Positions 54,226-64,000 of a DNA stretch of 64,000 nucleotides are shown here, piece after piece. Each line of letters starts with the position of its first letter. The first letter of the stretch is position 1. The stretch spans positions 48,112,001 to 48,176,000 of the forward strand of contig CM022665.1 in NCBI GenBank assembly GCA_012295275.1. The letters are read 5' to 3'. The notes under the pieces are model-generated. The model worked only from the letters and a program-made list of their open reading frames with translations. It was not told the DNA's origin and ran no database searches. The translations under genes and the position numbers were made by a program. The DNA is from Chrysomallon squamiferum (taxonomy: Eukaryota > Animalia > Mollusca).

Positions 54226-55346
54226 ATGGAACAAATTCCTTCTTTAGAAACAGTTACGCAAGCACTACAAGCTTTATATAATAATCCTGATGTTGTGGGA
54301 AAAGAAAAGGCGTCAGTTTGGCTTGGTGAACTCCAAAAATCGGTATGTATGGTAGTCTCATGGAGGGTGGCATTTAAAAAAAAACTTTACTTAATGAGTT
54401 AACCATTTATCATTAGTATTTAAATTTCTGCATATACCATTTCCAGAACTACTTATTTAGTAAAAATACCCAATTTTCTGCCTCATATTTTATAAAATGA
54501 TATTCGTAACATGTTTTGTTATCAGCTCTAGCTTTATATCCAAATTTCTTAAAATAAAACTAAGGGAAAAAAAAGAATAAAAAAAAAAAAAAAAAAAAAA
54601 AGAAGGAAGAAGAAAGAAAAAGAAAAGAAACAAGAAATAATTGAATACCTAATTTATCCCAATGGTTTAAATAGGTGAATACATTATCATTTCATTTTTA
54701 ATTTATTTTAAATATTTCTGGAATAAATCCATAATTCATGTGTAAAAAGATAATTTAACTCAAACTAGGCTAAAAAATGTACACACTATATCTCATCAAG
54801 TAATCCTTTCAAATTATAAAATACAGTGATTAAAAAAGAAAAAAAGAGATGATTTTGGATCATAAGTGCTACTTTTTCACATTCAAGAATGATGTTTGGA
54901 TATTTAGAAAAGTAAACAATGATCTCATAATTCTTTGTTCAGCCTCAGCCATTGGTGTCTGTGTATTCAGTATTTATCACTTGTAAAACAAACCAGTAGT
55001 CAGGTTTAAAATGGGATTGTTATTGTTGTTAGCCAGTGCTTGCAGTTATTATTCAATTATGCTGTGTCATATTTTGCATTAAATAAATAAATAAATATTA
55101 AATAAATAATTTGTTTAACCAGTGATAAAATTATGAATGTGATATTTTTAAAAAATCAGTGTGACAGTGTAAAGTTCAGACCAGGCACTGTTTCACTTTA
55201 TATTAAATTTTGAAAAAGTTCTTTAAAAAGTGTAAGAAAAAAAAAATGTTTAGTTTATTACTGCTAGTAGAGAATGAATTTTTTTTTCCAAATCACTGTC
55301 AGAAGATAAGTAGTTAGGACACTTCTGCAATACATACTTTTTTTTT

Positions 55347-55381
<35 letters not shown>

Positions 55382-55385
55382 TTTT

Positions 55386-55416
<31 letters not shown>

Positions 55417-58400
55417 TTTTTTTTTTTTTTTAATTATGGTTTACTGTTATTTTGCAGTGGATCATAGATAGCTATTCATTTATTCTACTGCTGCAGGCAC
55501 ATTAATACTAACTCAACAAAAACATAAAAATATATTTTAATGACTGCAGTTCTATAATCACATATAAAACAATTATTGGCAATTAAACTGAATTAATTTC
55601 TTAGCAACCCACTGACTAACTGTAATAACAAGTCTTTGTTATATTTCCACATTTTAAAAACTTTGTAATAATGTGCTAACATAAATGACATGTATTATCA
55701 TCATGCAAGTGGTTTTTAACATGTAAAAAAGATAATAAATTAGACAGGTTAATTTGTAGTTTCTCATAAAAAAAAAAACCTAAAACAAAACCTGTTGCTG
55801 TAATTTAGAACTACAATAAACTCATGTTAATGATATTAAATTACAAATAGTTCAATTTTAAAATAAACTATTCTTAACACTTCTGAAAAGCATGTCATAA
55901 CTAGCAATAATAAATATAGTGTACTTTATATTACCTTTTAGTATGTAGAGTTTTAATTACAGTTTGCAATAATACATATAGTGTACTTTATATTACCTTT
56001 TAGTATGTAGTGTTTTAATTACAGTTAGCAATAATACATATGGTGTACTTTATATCACCTTTTAGTATTTAGTGTTTAAATTATATATAGTGTACTTTAT
56101 ATTACCTTTTAGTATTTAGTATTTTAGTGTTCTATGTTCAATTATATTTTTGTTGTTACAGTTTGTAAATAAAGTTCATCATAAAGTGATATGAGTATGG
56201 GAGGAAATCCCAATGTTATTGTGCTAAATAAAAAAAATCTGACAAACAGAATCCTATATTTTTGGTTTGTTCATGAACAGAATAAAAATGATTTAAAATA
56301 AAATGTTTTCTTCAGGTGTTTGCGTGGCAGATTGCAGATCAGCTGCTCAGACTGAACCAGAGTCTGGAGTCGTGTTACTTTGCAGCTCAGACCATGCGCA
56401 CAAAGGTTAGAATGTGAAATTTTGTGTGTTTCTTATTTAAAATACAAAACAGAACAAATGTCACTCAGTGAAGTCTTCAGTCTACTTGTAATGTAATCTG
56501 AGACCAATAGGAAATCATTATTTCAATTTAAAAGATTAATGTTTGTTAAATAATGAACTTAATTATGATTACTGTAGTATCAGAAGCATACAAAATTTCT
56601 TCTGGCATCTGTTAGCTTATGTCCACAGCAGATAACTTGTATACAAAATATCTCAGTATATTGTAATTATTAATAAAATTAAATTAAATGTCTGTACAGT
56701 GTGTAACTAAGTCTTTCTTAACACTAAGCCTGAAAGTAATGTGACAACTGTCACACTAAATAATTACAACAAACAAATAAGAATAATTCCTTAATACTGT
56801 TAATTCTAAATTTGTTATTTGATTTCTCAGTTTAAAGGAAGTGTTGTGACTGTAGAACAGTTTTAAATAGAAATTTGGTTTTTGTATTTTGTATCATTAA
56901 CAGATTTTTTCTTTAAAATTGATTTCTCTGATTCCTCTGTTATGTTACTTCAGGGTGACATTGCATGTTACATGTGTGATTCAAACACTTCCTTGCAGTG
57001 ATTATAAACAACTGGAGAATATATAAATGTTACTGTGGTTACATTTCTGTTTCAGATTCAGTACGCCTTCCATGAATTACCACAAACATCACATCAGGTA
57101 TTTATCAGTTTTGTGACTTTTAACTTCCATTTCATAAATATTTCTTTACTCTGGTATTATCTCATAACAGTATTAATTTATTTGTAATTTTATATTTCTT
57201 AAAGTATTAATTCAGTAAAGTTTTTTTTCTGTTAATCTAGCTATGATATTTTCTGACAGCTAAAAAAATTATGTCCTGATTGTACAATGCCTAAAAGCAA
57301 ATGTTAGAAAGATATTTTATTTGTTTTTTCAGTCTCTGCGAGATTCACTTCTAGAGCATGCTGGGAAAATTAACCCAGAAACCCCACCGGTCATAATAAC
57401 TCAGGTATTTACTAAATAAACATAACCATTAATAATTAATCATTCTGAAAAACACATGCTGTTAATAAGAAAAATACTACTGATATCAAATATACAGATT
57501 ATTGTAAGTCCTGTATAATAAACTAAATAATAGTTTAAAATTGATCATTCTGAAATCCAGAACTAAGGTTTCTGTTTAGAAAGTAATACTTTTATATTTG
57601 ATTTAGACATCAGATATTTAGAGATAGATATCTCTTGTATAACAGTGGAGTTGACAATATTTCGTTTATATTTAATCTACATATGTGTTAAGTGTTTATT
57701 ACATGAAGTATATAACAGTAAAGTTGAGAATATTAGATTTATACTACACATGAAGTATATGTTATATAACAGTAAAGTAGAGAATATTAGATTTATACTA
57801 CAAGTGAAGTATATGTAACGGTTGAAATATATTAGCTTTATACTTAATGTGAAGTACAGGTTGAAGTATATTAGATTTATACTTCAGGTGAAGTACATGT
57901 TGAAGTATATCAGATTTATACTTCAGGTGAAGTACAGGTTGAAGTACGTTAGATTTATACTTCAAGTGAAGTACATGTTGAAGTATATCAGATTTATACT
58001 TCAGGTGAAGTACAGGTTGAAGTATATTTGTGTTTCAGCTCAGTCTTGCTCTGGCTGATCTTGCTCTGCAGATGGCGACGTGGAAAGGAGCTGTAGGGGA
58101 TCTCATGTCAAAGTAAGGGTCATAGGTCAAAGGTCACAGAACTGATAATTCTGTGTGCTGTTCCCATTCCGACTAGTTCCCAGGAACTGACTGTGAAAAA
58201 TCAAGATGAGTGTTTTGTTTGTGTGTGGATGATCTGCCTGCAGCCAGACATTTCTTAAAGAGTAGCTTATTTACACAGAAACTGATGCTGGAAATTGCAC
58301 TTAACTGAACATAGACTAGATATTTTGATTCATGTATACCCCACCAGTGTGTACTTTGATACATCTCTGCTTCAGTTTTCAGGCAGCTTGGGTACTTTTA

Positions 58401-61400
58401 AAATTTCAATATGTAATGAAAATAAAGTAAGTTAAAACAGTAAATAAAAATAATAATGTAGAAATCTTGTGCCTTTTAGAAAATACTAAATTTAACAACA
58501 AGAAGATTTCCTATATTGTTATTTGTTTTTCAGGTTTGGTACAAATGCAGAACATCTACAATTTCTGCTCGAAGTTCTCACTGTGATGCCCGAAGAGGTA
58601 ATCATTTAAATTATCTCTTTTTTTTTTTAAAGATTTAACTTAAAATAACTAAATATACTTTAACTATAAACATGGGGAATTGATTTTATACATTTATTTG
58701 TTACTTGGATGTTTTCATTTTGTAGATAAACAGCAGATCTCTGAGGCTGGGAGCTAACAGAAGACTTGAGGTGACAGAGGAACTGAGACAAGCCTGTCCT
58801 GTTGTACTGCAACTGCTGGTTAATTACATTTTTATTTATCTTTTTAACTGTTCTTATTTTTATCAAACATTCATCACTTCTTAATCATAACTGATCTTAA
58901 ACATAAAATATACATTAACATTATTTTTTCTGTACTCAACGTAAACAATTGAATGTTTCTGTATCCACTGAATGTTTTGCTGTATGAGATTGTTTCTGTA
59001 TTTTCTGTACTATATATTAAAAATATTTCTATAATATGAAAATTTATGTTTATATATAAAATGTTTTCATAAAGGTGAATGTTTCTGTTTTGTTTTTTCT
59101 GTATTACATATTAAAAATATTTTTATAAAAAAATGTATGTAAATGTAGTGATTTAAAATTATTTTAGTATGAAGGAGGTGCTGTATTACATATTAAAAAT
59201 ATTTTTATAAAAATGTATGTTAATGTAGTAATTTAAAATTACGCTGGTTTGAAGGAGGCATGTTTGGAGTCGTGTGATGGAAATGATCGCATCCAGGCGA
59301 AGGTTTTCCGAGTTCTCGCCAGCTGGTTCAGTGTTGCTGTCATCCCTCAGGAGCACATCGTCAACACCAAACTGATGCAGGCTCCATTCCAGGCCTTGGT
59401 GAGTTTTATATCTGTTAACACAAACAGCAAGTTCACTTGTCTTATTTACTATAGAAACACCACAGTTCACTTGTCTTATTTACTATAGAAACACTACAGT
59501 TCACTTGTCTTATTTACTATAGAAACACTACAGTTCACTTGTCTTATTTACTATAGAAACACTACATTTCACTTGTCTTATTTACTATAGAAACACCAAA
59601 GCTTTTCACAGCATTTTACAATAAAAATTACAGTTCATCTTGTTTTTTACTATTACAGTTCACTTGTTTATTTATAAAAACATTATCCAACACTCTGTTA
59701 TCAATATATCTGATAAAATTACTAGTCTAAAACACAAACAAAAGTTCATCTTAACTAACACTTTTCAGATATCTTGATTCTTTTTTCATATATCTGAGAT
59801 GTTAATACTAGTCTAAAACACAAACAACAAGTTCATGTCTTTTTATTATAAAAACACTAATTCTTTCATATAATTTACAATAATTTTCTTTCATATATCT
59901 TGTTTATTTTTAGTTATGTTAATATTTAAAACACATTTGATATTATTTTATTTATTATAAAAAAAGACCACAGATTTTCAGATTTTACAATAATTTTGAT
60001 ATATCTTGTTTATTTTTAGTGATATGTTATCACTAAAACACACTGTTATAACTGCTTTATTTTGATATAAAACATTTCAGAGCATTTTTGATAATAATTA
60101 ATATATCTTGTTTTCATTTACTGTTATATAAATACATTTCCAACAGAATGTCCCAATAGCTTAACATTATTAAATATCTTAAAAACTGTCAGATATCTTG
60201 ACTCTTTTTTACTGAGACGTGGATGTATTTTATATAAACACTAATTCTGATAAAATATTAATTTTGATATATTACTGATTTGATAGATTACTAATTTTGA
60301 TATAACATTAGTTTTGATATATTACTAATTTTGATTTTTGTTTCTACAGGCCACCAGAGAATTTAAACTGTTTTTAATATCTAAGTTTTCTGTTTATGTA
60401 TGTTTTTGTCGATTTAAACTGTTTAAAAATATATATACATTTTTTAAATATACATTAGTTTTTGTTGATTCAAACTGATTTTTAAATATGTATATAAGTT
60501 TTTATTTTATTTAGATTGATGTTTAAATGTATATAAATTTTTGTCGATTTAGATTTTTGAATACATAGGAAATAATTACAATCTTTGCAACCATTCACAT
60601 AATTGTAACATTACCCATACTTTTACAAATTGTTATTTGAAGGACATTTTACTGAAGTATCTGATGATACTAAACAAAGAGAAATGAGAATGTTTTTAAA
60701 ACTATTTCTTCAGGATTTGGACAAGCAGAGAATGTTAGCTCAGATTTTGTTTGATGGTGTCCAGACACTTCCAGATGCTTATCACTGGTCTGTGGCAGAC
60801 GAAGACTCGGATAAGTAAGTGTCTTATCATAAGTAGTCTTATTACTATATCAAATGTGACAAATGATAAGTGTCTTATCATAAGTATTCTTATTAACTAC
60901 ATCAAATGTGATAAATGATATATGTTATGATAAGTATTCTTATTAACTACATCAAATGACAAATGATAAATCATAAGTGTGTCTTATCATAAGTATTCAG
61001 TGAAAATGATATATCAGTAAAACGTATAAAATGTATACAATAATAAATAAATTCTCTAATGAAAATTTTGATAATTAAGTGCCTTATCATAAGTATTCTT
61101 ATTAAATACATCAAATGTGTAAAATGTATAGAATAATAAATAAATTCTAATGAAAATTTTGATAACTAAGTGCCTTATCATAAGTATTCTTATTAAATTT
61201 ATCACATTTGTAAAATGTATCCCATAAGAAATACTGTAATGAAGATTTTGATGAGTACCTGTATTATAAAATACTTTTATTAAATACAGCAAATGTGTAA
61301 AATGTACACCAAAATAAATAAATACACTAAATTCTAATGCAGATTCTGATAATTAAGTGTAATATCATAATTATTATTATTAAATGCACTAAATGTATAA

Positions 61401-64000
61401 ATGTAAATTTCCATAGTAAATAAATACAGCATCATGTGACAGCTGATTTCTAATGTAACAAATAAATATTTATAATGATTTGGAGAGATATGAAAAACAC
61501 AGTGAATTATTAGTAGTGTTAGTTTTAAGTTCAGTTTGTTAATTTTGTTTTTTTGTTTCAGGTCAGTTAATTACTGTAGAGTGTTCACTGAGATGGCTGA
61601 GTCATTCTTAGATGAAATCATGAATCATCCGAACCAAGTAAGTCAAATATTTATTAAGTAAGTGAAACATTTATTTTTCTGTTTTTATTTAATAACTAAA
61701 CGGATGTTACCTGTATTTTTCTGTTTTTATTTAATAACTAAACGGATGTTACCTGTATTTTTCTGTTTTTATTTAATAACCAAATGGATGTTACCTGTAT
61801 TTTTCTGTTTTTATTTAATAACTAAAGGGATGTTACCTGTATTTTTCTTGTTTTATTTAATAACTAAATGGATGTTACCTGAATTTTTCTTGTTTTTATT
61901 TAATAACTAAATGGATGTTACCTGTATTTTTCTGTTTTTATTTAATTTCAGGGTTTAGGGGCGTTTTCCACTCTGGAACATTTGCTGACTTGTGTGGGTC
62001 ACTACTTGTATGAGGTGAGTAACAGTTTCTGAAGTGCATTACAAATTGGTCTTGTTCACAGACTTTAGTTTTAAACAGTACTGACTGATATAAATTTTAG
62101 AATTGTAAATAAATAAGTATTTTGGCCTTGTTAACCCACTTTATTTTTACACAACACTGACTGATACAAACTGTAAGTAAATAAAAATGTTGTTTCTGAA
62201 GTGCATTACAAATTGGCCTTGTTAACCCATTTTATTTTAAAACAGCACTGACAGATACAAACTGTAAGTAAATAAATATTTTAGCCTTGTTAACACACTT
62301 TAGTTTTACATACTGATATATACTGTAAGTAAATAAAAATGTTGTTTAAACACACTTTATTTTTACACAGCACTGACAGATACAAACTGTAAGTAAATAA
62401 GTATTTTGGTCTTGTTAACAGACTTCAGGTTTACATACTGATATAAACTGTAAGTAAATGAGTGTTTTGTTTCTGCAGGTGGCTGAGATCACGTTTAACT
62501 TCTGGTATCGCCTGTCAGAAGACCTGTATCAGCGAGACCTCAAAGAGTACAACGAGATTTACCGTCCGTACATCCAGCGTCTGATTGTCGCACTCAGCCA
62601 GCACTGCCAGATGGACCCCGACCACGTCAGTTGTCTCCCCTTCTTTGTCTCCATTATTTTATCATTTAGTCTCTTGTTATGAAGGATGGTGTATTGTGTG
62701 TTAGAAGATAGTGTATTGTTTGTTACACAAGAATATTTTCAGTTGACTGTGTACAGTTAATATTTTATGATGGTGTATGTGTGTTGCATGTTTTAGTGTG
62801 ATGCATATTTGTGTGTTTTATATTTGAGGATGTTTCAGTGTGTTTGGATATTTTATCTTTTAAGGTGTATGTATATATATTGTGTGTTTCAATGTGTTGT
62901 GTATTTCAGGATGGTGTATATTGTGTGTTTCAGTGTGTTTGTATATTTCAGGATGGTTTTGTATATATTGTTTATTTCAGTGTGTTTGTCTTTCAGATGG
63001 TGTATGATAAAAGATGTTGTCTTCATATGTATTTCGGGGTGTATGTCTATATTGTGTTTTCTCTGTGTTTGTTTATTTCAGGATGGTTTATGTGTATATA
63101 CTTTTCAGTGTATATATTATGTAACTTCATCTGGTGTATGTATATATTAAAGTTCACTGTGTTTGTCTATTTCAGTTGGTGTATGTGTATGTATTGTGTA
63201 TTTCAGGATGGTTTGTAACTTTGAAACTTCATCTGGTGTATGTGTCAGTATTGTGTATTTCACATGGTGTATCTGTCTATCAGTTCAGGATGGTGTATGT
63301 ACTATATTTGTAACTTTGTAATATATTCATCTGTTTGTGTATTTCAGGATGGTGTATGTATATGTCTTTCAGTTTTGAGATATTTCTATGGAGTTTGATG
63401 AACAGGAGATTTTGAAACTTCATCTGTACTCTGAGCTGATAAAAGATGTTGTCTTCATCTCATCTACCAGTTCAGGTCAGTTTGCTGACTTTGTAACTTT
63501 GAAACTTCATCTGAACTCCATACTAAACACATCTGTCTGTTTTCTAGTCTAGTTATCACAGACTGTAATATGTGCTTGACAACATACTTGCAATAGATGA
63601 CATTTTGATGCCACTGAATTAAAAAAAAAAAATAACAAAACAATATATCTAACACCTGATATCTGTTCACAGATAGATGGTTTTATTGTCAGTTTTCCTT
63701 TTTTGTAAAAAGAGTTATTAATTAGCAGCATTAACATTTAGATTTTCATTTGTAAATGATTTTATAAATAAATTCCCTTTTTATTTATTTTTTATTTATT
63801 TTATAATAGTGTTTCTCTCTCTCTCTCTCTCTGTATCTGTATATATATATATATATATGTTAGTATTTAAAGTTATATTTTTTAAATAAAGAAGAGTTGT
63901 TTTTTTCACAGATGTTTGAAAATCTAAAGAGTCAGTCGTCTGTGACATCATGGGAGGTTTCTGAAGCGTCACTCTTCATCATGAGTGCTGTCGCCAAAAA
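54226..64000 (+). CDS. TNPO3: Transportin-3 (Transportin-SR, importin-beta family), 5' part, continues past window end
   Basis: Exons 54226-54342, 56316-56405, 57056-57097, 57333-57404, 58039-58112, 58534-58597, 58726-58818, 59255-59398, [broken exon near 60145-60360], 60714-60814, 61562-61637, 61952-62014, 62479-62625, [broken exon near 63348-63475], 63912-64000+. Recognisable motifs: [106 protein letters not shown]. Confidence 0.95.
57700..58030. repeat. 39-bp minisatellite ending at the TNPO3 exon-5 acceptor
   Basis: gaagtacaggttgaagtatattagatttatacttcaggt repeated. Confidence 0.85.
61670..61946. repeat. 42-bp minisatellite forming nearly the whole TNPO3 intron and its polypyrimidine tract
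   Basis: ggatgttacctgtatttttctgtttttatttaataactaaac, about 6.5 copies; the last copy runs into tttcag. Confidence 0.9.
62680..63362. repeat. Degenerate repeat carrying copies of a TNPO3 acceptor plus first codons (tatttcag|GATGGTGTA)
   Basis: tttcaggatggt at about 62904, 62946, 63076, 63201, 63342, with further variants between. Confidence 0.8.

Overview
AT-rich, microsatellite-dense animal genomic DNA; a lophotrochozoan such as a mollusc is my guess from sequence style only. Five intron-containing protein genes were assembled by hand from splice sites and reading-frame phase. (1) An ensconsin/MAP7-family gene on the minus strand, ATG at 31217, at least 12 coding exons down to 433. (2,3) A tail-to-tail pair of small 10-cysteine colipase/prokineticin-fold genes (34941-37049 +, 38715-39461 -). 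(4) WASHC3/CCDC53 on the minus strand (49756-53893). (5) Transportin-3, head-to-head with WASHC3, running from 54226 off the window end, with two exons apparently garbled in the assembly. Two unexplained signals stand out. One is a ~420-nt non-coding segment (40729-41161) that folds by eye into a long multi-stem RNA with G-U pairs on the + strand, preceded by an ETS motif and ending at a splice donor. The other is a window-wide pattern of intronic tandem repeats that abut or contain the real splice site, sometimes with exon bases, creating arrays of decoy donors and acceptors. Most ORF-track entries are translations of simple repeats.
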